This document shows positions 37,687 through 48,680 of a DNA stretch of 64,000 bases, one piece after another. The translations under genes were made by a program, and so were the position numbers. The notes beneath the pieces were generated by a model. The model made no database searches, was not told the DNA's origin, and worked only from the letters and a program-made list of their open reading frames with translations. Numbering within the stretch: the stretch's first letter is position 1; every line of letters begins with the position of its first letter. Source of the DNA: Pseudogymnoascus verrucosus (lineage: Eukaryota); NCBI GenBank assembly GCA_001662655.1, contig KV460271.1; one strand, written 5' to 3'.

Positions 37687-38632
37687 ATGAAGCTCATCGT
37701 CGCCGGCTCGACTGGCTTTGTCGGCACTGAGATCGTCCGCCAAGCCCTTTCTCATCCTGCTATCACATCGGTCGTCGGCCTCGCTCGTCGCCCTACTCCC
37801 ACGCCGCATAATGCCGATCCCGGAATGGATACAACGAAGCTCAAGTCCGTTGTCTGCGAAGATTTCATGAACTATACCGACGACGTCAAACAAGAGCTAG
37901 CTGGAGCCGATGCTTGCATTTGGTATGTGTAGATTGCCCTCCCTCCCTACACATCTACAGGTACCTTTTTCCAGACTATGTTCACTATATTTCTCAAACA
38001 AATAGTGTTTTTTTGAATATTAGAGTATTTTTGGACGAGTCGGCCAACTCCTGCTATTATTTCCTTACTAACTAACCTATAATAGGCTTGTTTCCGTCAC
38101 GATTACCCGTGCTAGATCGGTGACTCAAGAGAAGGCGCGTGAGATCTGCCTCGAATATACCATGACAGGACTGGATACCATATCTGAGCTCTCTACGAGC
38201 AAGCAATTCCGCTTTATCTATACCAGTGGCGCCAAATCCGAGCGAGACCCTACCAGGGCTCCTTGGCTGATGAGAGACTACCTCTTACTTCGCGTAAGGC
38301 CTCTATCCTCTTTTCTCCTGAGCTTCACAGCTCAGCTGCTGTTCTGTACTAAGAGTCTATAGGGTGAGGTTGAAACTCGTGTCCTCAATTATGCCAAGGA
38401 CTCTGGGAGCGATGTGGAGGCATGTGTGGTTAAACCCGGGCTGGTTGATGGAGAGACGGGGAGGATAGTAAGGGGCTTGCAAACGGTTGGTTGCTATATG
38501 ATTAATATGCCGAGAGTGGAAGTTAGTGACCTAGCGGCGGCGTTGCTACAGCAAGTAGTGGAAGGGTTTGATAGTGACACGCTGCTTTATGAGGATCTCG
38601 TTAGGATAGGGCAAAAGGCTCTCGCAGACTAA
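37687..38632 (+). CDS. NAD(P)-binding Rossmann-fold protein (atypical SDR / epimerase-like), 3 exons
   Basis: Exons 37687-37922, 38086-38293, 38363-38632. MKLIVAGSTGFVG, GADACIW, FRFIYTSG, RGEVE, VVKPG. Confidence 0.85.
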
Positions 38633-39591
38633 TAAAATAATACAGAAATCTCCATAATAGTATTATAATTCTTTACCGTGTGCGAGTGCTAATATACTTA
38701 GGGTCTTTTAAAATTGTTCTATATATCAGACTACATGGAAGCTGGCCGTTTGTAGTTATCACCGTGATTTTTTTTTTGTTTACAAATATCGGGATGCATT
38801 GGAGAAATGTATTTGTTGTCTGTGATACTTTCGACCCTTAATATTCATGGTGACAACGTGGTTTCTTCCTGGCAACGGGGTCTTCGACGGGAACGGTGGT
38901 GGTTCATACAGTATGTTTCACAGCAACTTCCACAAGATAATCCAGTAGTTTGCTTCTCAGACATGGGTTTCCGCAGAGTCATGCAGCAGCAACGTGGGTT
39001 GCTAGACAAACAATTCATTGTTTTGGCAGGTACATAATTTCATAGACAGGGCCCATTAATTTTGGCCTTAACTGCGAGTTTCAACTGAAATAAATGTGGC
39101 CAGAGCTTCTGCACGGATATGAGGCCGTTCATGGCTTCAAAGCACTGCATTATGATAAGTTATACTGGACGATGAGCTTGTCTTGAATCCTCCAATGTCA
39201 AAGTCATTACAGGTCTATTTTATGTTCAGCTGGAGTAGTAAAATATTTAAATTACAACAACATCATATACCTCGCCTCACGACTATCTTCCGGCTTGTTT
39301 ACTGTATCTTCTATCGTTTCGCAGTTTCAATAATCACTTAGTCGAGCGCAAATGATTGGGTGTGGCTTCCCGACGGAGTACATGCGTCATTGTTTGTCCG
39401 AGGTGGCTGGTAACTAAGATCTGCGGGACCGCGTTAATGACAAACAGCCCACTTTCAACCTTAACCATCGCGTGGGGCTGCCTTCAGGAGAGCGAGCTCC
39501 ATCGTCTCCCCATCAACACCAACCTTCCTTCATGACTATCGCGAGAATGAGGATTCCGACCGTCCATCCACCACCTTGAGCCCTCGAAATC

Positions 39592-42015
39592 ATGTCCGTT
39601 GCCGCGGATCCACAGCTTGGTGACCCGCCGGATGCGGATGGCCAGTTTTGCGACCTCCCGTTGAGCATTCCAGTCACACCAACGACGCCTGTGGAGCGCG
39701 AAACAGAGTGCTGTTGTGGAAGAGACAGCTGCGCATACCTGAGACATAACAACGAGGCTTTGGACGGACTGGAGAAGGATGTGAGGACAGCAGCACAGCT
39801 GGGTCAGGTATGTAGAGTCCTTTATTCTGTCGGGTCCCCTGTGTTCGAGTCTATAAAGCGAGTCCTAAACCCACTAGTCGAGCTTCTATGCAGACGACGG
39901 GTAACCTGCATACCAGCCTGCATACTAGATATCATGATGGGAGACATCAGTTTTCGGAAAGGAGAAATAACTAACTCGCTTCTTTTCTCTCTACAGGCCC
40001 TTCTCGTGCGCCATGAAGCCTATATCGTCGAGGCGGAAGAGTCGCGTCGCCAGATGAGCTTGCGCATCGAATCCCTCGAAACCGATAAGCGAAACCTCGA
40101 AGCTGAGAATGCGCGAACGGTGCAGGAGAATCGCGATTTACTGAACCACTTGGAGCAATTGAACGGTGCGATCGCCGAATCGGAAAGTCGTGCTGGGAAC
40201 CTCGAGGCGACGCTACAAGGGACACTCCTGGAGATGAAGAGGTTAGATTCTTTGGCAAGTAGAACCCATGATCTTGAAGCACAGCTTGCGGAGTTAGAGA
40301 AGGAGCAGGATGATTTGAGAGGGACAGTTGTGCTGACGGAGGCGGAATCGAGGACTGCGGTAAGGAGGTGGAGAGAGGCAGAAAGGAGATTGGGAGAAGT
40401 GCAGGATCAGTTGGAGAGGATCGAGAGGGAGTCAACTGAGGAGAAAGCGCGCCATGAGGAAGTATTCCGTCGGATGGAGAGGCAGAAGCTGGTCGACAAA
40501 GCAATCCAAGATGCGAGCAACGGAAAAGTGGCGGTGTCAAACGCTGGGCAGGGAAAAGAGGGTACTAATGTAGTATCGCATTTCGTAAAGGACATCTTGC
40601 AAGACAATGTCAACTTGCAAATGGGCATTGTAGAGCTGCGCGACATGTTGACGAGCTCTAATGACGAAGTCCAGAAGCTGCGAGATCAGCTCATGGCTCA
40701 CCAACCTGTTCGAGATGGCGCTACTGGTGAAAACACTGTCCCAGTGACACTGGCTTCAGAACTCTCCGTCAGAGAACCGCTATCACTCTCGCAAGAACTC
40801 CACGTCCATCATCACTATCACGCTCCGGCAAAGAAGGAAGATAGTCGGCGTGCCGTTCCGAAAAGGAAACGTAATGTCTCCATCACCACGCCTACAAGAC
40901 TCAACTCAAGGGGCCATAACACACGTCAGAGCCAGTCGTCAATCGCCGCAACGATCTTGTCTCAAACCTCAAGCACAGTTCCCAGTCCGAGGACTGCTAA
41001 TCGATGGTCCACCCAATCTGAATTCGCATCTACGGAACCCAGCTCTCCAACGTCGAATTACCGGAACTCGTTTCTTTTCGATCGAATGTCTGTCGACCAG
41101 AATACGGATTACTCACGGCCTACATCTCCGGGGTCAAGTAATGATCCGCTCTCGCCTTGCATTAAGCCAATGCACCGAAGACGTCCCTCGGATTTCTCCA
41201 TGCATAGCTTTAAAGCACAAATGTTTGAGACAGGTACTATTCACGAGGAAGAAGATAATGATATCTCGCATATCTCTGGACTAGTGGAACGGCCAAAGAC
41301 CCGTCGCATCTCACAGGATGACTCCAACTTTGATCTAAACTCTGGACAAGCCTCCAACGGGTTTGACCCCTATGCCTCCCACCACTCAACACATAAACTC
41401 CGTCGGTCTACGTCCCATGAATCGATAATTTCTGTTTCTGGGATCGACATACACACTCTCAAGTCCCGTCCTTCACAGTTAACAATCAGCAACTCACGCG
41501 CCTTACTCCGGACACCCTCGCGGCAGGATACTAGCAGCGTGAGCACTTCGTTTGTCTCCACGGAACCCATCTTTACTCCTGCCGATACACCTAGGCCGAC
41601 GATATCGAAGCAGAATTACAGCAGCAGTTCTCTTCTACGATCTTCAATCGGCATTGCTGAGCGTCCATTGTCTATTAAATCTACAGTTTCTGCAGACGAG
41701 GCCGTCACAAGCGTTCAGAAACTCGGAGGCTGGATATTCGGCCGTTGGGGTATGTCGCCTTCATCCAATGCATCCAGCCCTGCCGCATCCGTAGTCGATG
41801 TCCCGCCGCCCTCTTTGAGGATAGGAACAGACCGGACGCCGAGCACACCAGCTGCTGACCCAAACAGAGACCCGCTACGAATATTTATGGGGAGGTCACC
41901 GGGGATCAACCAGGTTGGTCCTATTCCGGGATTTCGGAAGACTGAGAAGGCGCCTAGTAGAGTTATTCCAGACCGCGTGGATTGGGAATCGCTTCTAGAG
42001 GTACTTGGAGAGTAA
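39592..42015 (+). CDS. Long coiled-coil protein with N-terminal CCCG-x3-C motif and disordered Ser/Pro-rich C-terminus, 2 exons (about 744 aa spliced)
   Basis: 807-codon ORF containing a 189-nt intron 39808-39996 (GTATGT..ACTAAC..CTACAG); Glu/Arg/Leu heptad-like region follows; HVHHHYH and GGWIFGRWG motifs. Confidence 0.85.
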   Translation: MSVAADPQLGDPPDADGQFCDLPLSIPVTPTTPVERETECCCGRDSCAYLRHNNEALDGLEKDVRTAAQLGQVCRVLYSVGSPVFESIKRVLNPLVELLCRRRVTCIPACILDIMMGDISFRKGEITNSLLFSLQALLVRHEAYIVEAEESRRQMSLRIESLETDKRNLEAENARTVQENRDLLNHLEQLNGAIAESESRAGNLEATLQGTLLEMKRLDSLASRTHDLEAQLAELEKEQDDLRGTVVLTEAESRTAVRRWREAERRLGEVQDQLERIERESTEEKARHEEVFRRMERQKLVDKAIQDASNGKVAVSNAGQGKEGTNVVSHFVKDILQDNVNLQMGIVELRDMLTSSNDEVQKLRDQLMAHQPVRDGATGENTVPVTLASELSVREPLSLSQELHVHHHYHAPAKKEDSRRAVPKRKRNVSITTPTRLNSRGHNTRQSQSSIAATILSQTSSTVPSPRTANRWSTQSEFASTEPSSPTSNYRNSFLFDRMSVDQNTDYSRPTSPGSSNDPLSPCIKPMHRRRPSDFSMHSFKAQMFETGTIHEEEDNDISHISGLVERPKTRRISQDDSNFDLNSGQASNGFDPYASHHSTHKLRRSTSHESIISVSGIDIHTLKSRPSQLTISNSRALLRTPSRQDTSSVSTSFVSTEPIFTPADTPRPTISKQNYSSSSLLRSSIGIAERPLSIKSTVSADEAVTSVQKLGGWIFGRWGMSPSSNASSPAASVVDVPPPSLRIGTDRTPSTPAADPNRDPLRIFMGRSPGINQVGPIPGFRKTEKAPSRVIPDRVDWESLLEVLGE

Positions 42016-42838
42016 TGGACGGGGGAACGAAGATGGTGGTACAGGGCCAGGGGGGTGCCACGGCATTATTACATACTATTATTCTCCTATACAGTTAGGC
42101 ACATTTCGTTTGGGGGCGGCGTACAGGTGGTTGGGATACCCAGCACGCATTGGCTTATGGGCTTATAAGCAAGGGCGGAAGGATGCCCGAAGGAACACTA
42201 TATACAGCAGATAACACTTTTCTATCAATAGTCAGACGATTTTTTAATCGGCGTCGCCGTTGTCAGCATGCTCGCGAACTTCTAGCCGTGGCTGACTTGC
42301 CGATGGATTGTGGCTGCAACGCGTTTTATTCCAAGAGGAAGTTCGGCCGACATGGCGCAGTTTATGTTGTCTGTTATTGGTGGTTTTGTGGTTATCCTTG
42401 TATTATGCGCACCAACCTGCATATCAATCTGTACTTGTACGGATACGTATACGTGGAGTGTTGTATGTGTATCTCCCCCACCATGTTCATTTTATTCTAC
42501 TTTACACCGCATACACAGAAATCGTAGCTGACAGCCGCATCGCCCAGCTATGTATCTAGTAAGTCGCCGGCTAAGTGTTTCTCTTTCCTTTGTGGGCATT
42601 TCTTCATCCTCATTTCCAACCATCGTACATGTATGTGGTTGGAATGCATACAAGTTTATGACGCATTGAGCGCGCATCCTCCTTGCATCAAAGAAACGAC
42701 AAAGACATCTGTCGAGCCAGTCGCTTTCGCTGTCCTTTGAATTTATCCACCGCGACAAGGCTGAGGCTGCTCGTCCCTGGATATCTAAAATCTGCTACCT
42801 ATACATACTCTGTTGGCGTGTCTCTAAGATTATACACA

Positions 42839-44102
42839 ATGCCGGAAGCTGCCGCCATGGGGCGACGTTTTGTCGCAATCCCCAACATCGACATTGGCCT
42901 CAGTCCGCGACATTTCCTTGGCTCCCCGCCACAGCAGCTCAGAGAGCGGCAGGACATCGTCGTATGCCCGAAGCCAAATTCCCACCGATGTGAGCCGAGT
43001 CGCCGAGTCCTCTAGCTACATAGGGCGAGAACTGACGATCACAGGCGATGATACGGGCTTCCCAAATGACTGCTGCCTCGACACCGAGTTCTGCTTCGTC
43101 GATAACAACTTCAATTCTAGTTGCTGCGCTATCGGGAATAACTGCGCGTCGGTGAATATATGCACAGATACCGCATTTTTCTACTGCCACACCACCTCCA
43201 CCATCACCGCTGCCACCACCTCTCCCACTCGCAGCGTCTCATCTGGCTCCTCCATAACCTCCCCCCCGAACCCCAACATTACTGTCTTCCCAGCCTGCTG
43301 TCCGCGCCCTTGCTCCGCCGCTTCCGCATACCAATGTCCCGAGTCCCTCGGCGGCGGATGCTGCTCCCTAGGCTATAGCTGCCTCTCCAACGCCTGCTAT
43401 AAAAGCATTCCCACCACCTCTAGCACAACCAGCAGCTCCGTCCCCTCCTGCCCCACCTCCGATATCCCCTGCACCGACGACGTCGGCGGCTGCTGCAACT
43501 CCGCAGCCCACTGCACCATGCTGGAGTCCACAGGCTACTGCGCCACCGGCTCCGCGGCCCCTACCGAGCGGCGCATAGGAGGTACTTCAGGGAACAACGT
43601 AATCGAGAAACCTCGCGGCGGGGGCGGCCTGAGTAGCGGCGCGAAAGCGGGAATAGGCGCGGGTGTAGCGATTGGGGCGTTACTGGTGATCGGGGCGGCG
43701 GTGTGGTGGTGGATCTCAAGGCGCCGACAGGCAGGTGGGAGTGCACCGCGGGGAAGTGGGCGCGGGAGCGGGCCATGGGGGAGTGCGCATGGAGGGACGG
43801 AAACGGTGGTCTCGATGCAGCAAGGGAGTACGCCTGGGGCGCCGGACATGGCGGGGAGAGGGACGGAGGATTACTTTGGGCCAACGGCGGGGATTGGGCC
43901 GTTTACGGGAGCGGAGGGGGCAGGGGCGGCGAGAAGTGGTGCGGTGCCGGTGAGTCCGAATCAGCCGGGGGATATCCAGCCTGCGGTTGAGATTGGAGAG
44001 GCGTTGGGACGACGGACGCCTGTGAGCCCGGGACCTAGTACGCAGCACGAGTACTGGAAGCATGGGGCGAAGACGGTAAATGAGCATGTTGAGTTGGAGT
44101 GA
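42839..44102 (+). CDS. Cys-rich, Ser/Thr-rich single-pass membrane protein (Mid2/Skg6-like architecture), at least 2 exons
   Basis: Intron 42990-43044 (GTGAGC..CTGAC..CAG) joins 'LRERQDIVVCPKPNSHRC' to 'DDTGFPNDCC'. Repeated GGCC/CC motifs, S/T stretches, TM segment AGIGAGVAIGALLVIGAAVWWWI followed by SRRR. 5' end uncertain. Confidence 0.75.
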
Positions 44103-44424
44103 GGGTGGGTGATATTAAAGTGCATATTTTGGAGTTTTGGTATAAGATATCACGGAATCGGTATTTTGCTACGGATGAGATAATATATTACAACGAGTCC
44201 CTGACTCTGACCATGGGGTATGCGCGCTTTCCCCTCGAAACGAAAGCGAGCACAAAAAACCTAATGCGCACCTGTGCCCAACCCGCTATGCAACGCCGTG
44301 CCTCTACTAAAACTCCGAAGATCCGCAACCAGATTAAAAACAAGACAAAGACAAAACGCCAGCACCAACGAAGCCCAGCTATCGCTTACAAAGTATCCAA
44401 AACACAAAAGGTGGAGCATGGAGC

Positions 44425-45349
44425 TCAAGAAAAGATCCCCCCAAATGGCGCGCTATCACGCAGATCCTCGACCAGATCCTCCACACTGCTTAGGTGCCGG
44501 CTCACAAGTGCCTGCTTCTCAATCGGACTCCTTGTAACTTCTGCCGCTGGCTCGCCCCTTCCTTTCATCTCGCGCCCGAAAGCGCCGGCGAGTTTACTCG
44601 GGCTGCGCTGGAGCATGGCTGGTACGGAGTCGCGGGCACCGGCGGAGGGAATGCTGGGTGACTCGGGGAGGAGGTAGAAGTATAGGAACTCGACGAGCTT
44701 GGCCTTGACGTCGCGCGGGGTGGAGCGGGACTTGAAGAGCGAAGTGACAGTGAGGAGGCCGTCGAGCGCTTCGAAGGTGCGTGTGTTGGCTGGGGTATCG
44801 AGGAGGACCACGACGAGGGTGAGGAGTGTTGCGGATTGGATAGCCGGGCAGTTTATGGGTTCGAGGAGGTCGAGAAGGTGCTGTAAGAGGACTGTTAGTA
44901 AGGCCCGTAAATAAGAGTGGTTGGTTAGAGAGACGAACGTTCATATATAGCTCTCTTGAGAACAGCGACCTCGACGAAGGATGAAGTAATAATATCCCTT
45001 GTATCAAGTCGAGACAGGCGAGAATAAGCAGATCGTTCTGGCCATCGTTGCTCTTCCCTAGCAGGCGATCGAGGCAGTTAACAAGGCGCAGAGCGACGTT
45101 CCATTCGAAGCCATCTTGCAGCTTGAAGAATTCGCGGAAAGCAGGATCATCAGGCAGATCGGCGAGTTCTTTACGCGGTGATGGAGGAGGGTTGTCGGCT
45201 GGTACGAGGAGTGAGTGCCGTTTGTTCGGCTTGTGTTTTGAGAGGCAGATCTGGGCGAGTAGACCTTCGACTTGGCGCATGCCTTTGCGGATCTTGGAGG
45301 CGTCGTAGGAGGAGAGGTTGTCGAAGGAGAGGGAGAGTAGGGCTTCCAT
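44425..45349 (-). CDS. cdc14: Septation initiation network protein Cdc14 (S. pombe-type SIN component, not the phosphatase), 2 exons
   Basis: Exons 45349-44939 and 44880-44425; intron 44938-44881. MEALLSLSFDNLSS..IRKGMRQVEGLLAQIC, FFKLQDGFEWNV, LLLHPSSR, NTRTFE, KLVEFLYFYLLPE. Confidence 0.88.
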
Positions 45350-46153
45350 TTTGAGGAAGGGGAGGGTGGATTTCCCGTCCTGGGTGGGAGGTGTTGCAAA
45401 GTTGTGTTGTGCTACTGAGGGTGTGATGGGTGGTTCTGAGAGTCCTGTGTGTTTGGTTGATAACGGCTACGCAGTGGTCTCCCCAGTGATCCAATCAGAA
45501 TAATAAGGGCATCCGCAAATGATAATACAGAATAATGAATTGAAGAGAGTAAAAACTCTGAGTTGTGTGATGGAGATAGATTGGGTTGATGAGAATGAGT
45601 GAGAATCTGTATCTGAAGCTGCCTTGTCGCATGAGCGAGACATCTCGGAGACAATTTCGGCGGTTGGCAGGGCAGCAGGGCGGAGTGAATTGGCAGAATT
45701 ATTGCGGAGGGCTTAGCGTCGGTGTGTTGCAGCTGGTAGCTTCAGCCTGGTGCCTCGCTGAGATGCCACATACGAAGCTATCACAGCTAAACACGGCTCC
45801 AGAACATTCCCCGCTATAGGATTTCTTCGACATTTACGAACATTTACGCAGACCAGCGCATATACGGTACGTAATTCTGACACGACAGTTGGCGCATTTT
45901 TCTGGAGATGAAGCTTATAATATTCATGACGCAGGATTCACGACTCTGTGCGCGGGCTCAAACGCATGTGCGACTGAGGCCGACAGCCTCATCCAGGCAA
46001 CCTCTTTAATATACCCCGACGCATGACATCTTCGTCAACCAACATCTACTTTCAAATATACACATCGACAATAATATGTACTGTTCCATTTTTTAATCCT
46101 ATTAACTTACTACTCCTCAACTCGCGCATCTGCCTCAGCAGGACTGACAACGA

Positions 46154-47546
46154 ATGCCCAGCTCACCAACATCCCCCGCCTTCCTCTCCTCCCCTATACG
46201 CCGACCAAACCGCCGCACCTTCGGCCTCTTCTCACCCATAACCTCTCCAATAACCTCTCCACGAACTCCATACCCGCCAAAGATGGCGCACAAGACCCCA
46301 TCCCCTCCGACGCGCCCCGCGCACCTCGCCTCTCCAGGCGCCATACCACCCCGCACCTCCTCAACAAACGGGCCTTCCCAGACACAAAAGCCCGTCGTCC
46401 CACCGCTCCCCGAATCATCATGGCTCTCTTCTCGACACTCTAGCCTCGCTGCCTCCGTATCTCCCGCCGTCATCGACCAGGTGGCGTCGAACTCACCCCC
46501 CACAACCACAACAACCCACCCCTCCACTGGGCCGACGCCGTGGTCTGAGGCGAAAGAAACAATCCTCACAGGCCCATACGACTACCTCGACTCCCACCCC
46601 GGGAAAGATATCCGCTCGCGCCTGATCGGTGCTTTTGACGCATGGCTTCACGTCCCCGCACCCGCCCTCGCAATCATTACAAAAGTAGTCGGCATGCTCC
46701 ACACAGCCTCCCTCCTCGTCGACGACGTCGAAGACAGCTCGCTCCTACGCCGCGGCCTACCAGTCGCACACTCCATCTTCGGCACAGCGCAGACGATCAA
46801 CTCAGCGAACTACGTATACTTCCTCGCACTACAGGAGCTGTTCAAACTGGACGAGCTGAGGGATAAAGAGGGGGGAAATACCAAGCCCAGGGGCGAGGCG
46901 GTGCGCATATATAGCGAGGAGTTGATTAATCTGCACCGTGGGCAGGGCATGGATCTATACTGGCGTGACACCCTCACCGTGCCTACTGAGGCTGATTACC
47001 TTGAGATGGTGCGCAACAAGACAGGCGGGCTATTCCGGCTCGCCGTGCGCTTGATGCAAGCCGAGAGCGCATCAACTACGTGAGTCCTCCCATCAACCCA
47101 TCTCCCCCCCTCCTTCTTACCGTCAAGACACCCCCCCACTAACACCACACCGCAGCGACTTTGCCCCCCTAGCCTCCCTAATAGGCACCCTCTACCAAAT
47201 CCGCGACGACTACGCCAACCTCCTCTCCCCCACCTACTCCACCAACAAAGGCATGTGCGAAGACCTCACCGAAGGCAAATTCTCCTTCCCCATCATCCAC
47301 GCCATCCGCGCGGACCCCTCGCTCGTGCTCCTCAACATCCTGAGGCAGAAGAGCACGGATGAGGAGGTCAAGAGGTATGCGGTCGCGTATATGGAGGGGA
47401 AAGGGAGCTTTGCGTATTGTCGCGAGGTGCTGAAGGAGTTGGGGAAGGAGGCGGTGGCGGAGGTGGAGAGGGTTAGTGAAGGGAAGGGACGGTGGAGGGA
47501 GGAGGTGTTGGGGATTTTGGGGGGGCTGGCGGTGGAGAGTGTGTAA
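46154..47546 (+). CDS. BTS1: Geranylgeranyl pyrophosphate synthase (type III, al-3/BTS1-like), 2 exons
   Basis: Exons 46154-47079 and 47156-47546. [54 protein letters not shown]. Alternative in-frame ATG at 46283. Confidence 0.92.
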
Positions 47547-48680
47547 TGGGGAGGGGAGGGGGTTGATGTGGGATTTATGATTTGTGATTTTATTTTTTTG
47601 GAGATGGGAGGTGTGGAAAGGGTAGGATGGGATTTCGGCGTTGAAGGTGGAAAGGGGGGAGGGGAATGACAAGCGCGTCTGGTGGGGTTTTGTACGTTGT
47701 GGGTGGACGTGATGGGAAGGTGAAGTTAGGTGAGATCAGTTCGCTGGAGACGAGGGGGGCTTTGTAAGGGAAGTGGAGTGCGATACGAGGATGATGATGA
47801 CGAGTGCGGAGGCAACAAGGGAATCTGACACACTCTCACTCACTTACTGAGGCAGGAATCACGACGGATATGATGAAGATGCGATATGCCATACTTACAT
47901 ACCTACAAACCTACAAACACACATCTATACCCACTCCCATCTCCCAAGGCAGGAATATAAATCCAACACACACACCCACCCACCTCTTATAAAATCCCCA
48001 TAACTCCCCACCGCCGTTAGAATAGTAATCACATCACCACAAAGCACAAAGTATTTATACCGTAATCAACCCAACCCAACCCACCCACCACCACCACCAT
48101 GACATAAAAAATATCCACCTCCACTCCACACCTCTCCATCCCTCTTACACCCACAGTTCACGATTTTTCACCACGTTGTGGTGGCTGCGGGCTCCACACC
48201 GTGCCGGCACCCGCTGTCGCGCCTGGGCAGCAGCGGCTGGTAGCGGTGCGTGTGGGGGGTGGGTGTCGGTTGTAGTGCTAAGGGCGCGCGCGGAACGCCG
48301 AAATCTGGTGGGTGGTGGGGGGTGGAGGTAAGGTAAGGTAAGGTATAAGGGAGTTCGGCTGCCCACAATTAAGAGAAAGTTTATTTTGACGCTGTGTGTT
48401 ACGCGCAAGTTTCTGGAATGTTACGGTCTTCACTTTTTGTTACGATCGATGTGAGAATGGGGGGTGGGGGTTGAGTTGATTGATTGGTATATATATCCGC
48501 TTTCTATCATTCCAACGCTCCTCGACGACAACTACGAAACGCACAGGGGCGCCCGTGAGTGTGCATGCACAATTATACAACAACCGCCTCCTTACATCAA
48601 ACAAACGAAAAATCCAGAATGTGTTCGAAAAACTAAACAACACACCGCGCGGGCGAAAGACAGCACAGCAGCGGCGCCAT

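Noticed and set aside
42310..42531. Hydrophobic ORF (MAQFMLSVIGGFVVILVLC) as the missing signal-peptide exon of the 42839 gene
   Set aside because: Lies in the probable 3' UTR of the upstream gene, and I found no convincing in-frame splice path.
44425..45349. Cdc14 phosphatase
   Set aside because: No HCxxGxxR motif; the sequence matches the unrelated SIN scaffold Cdc14.
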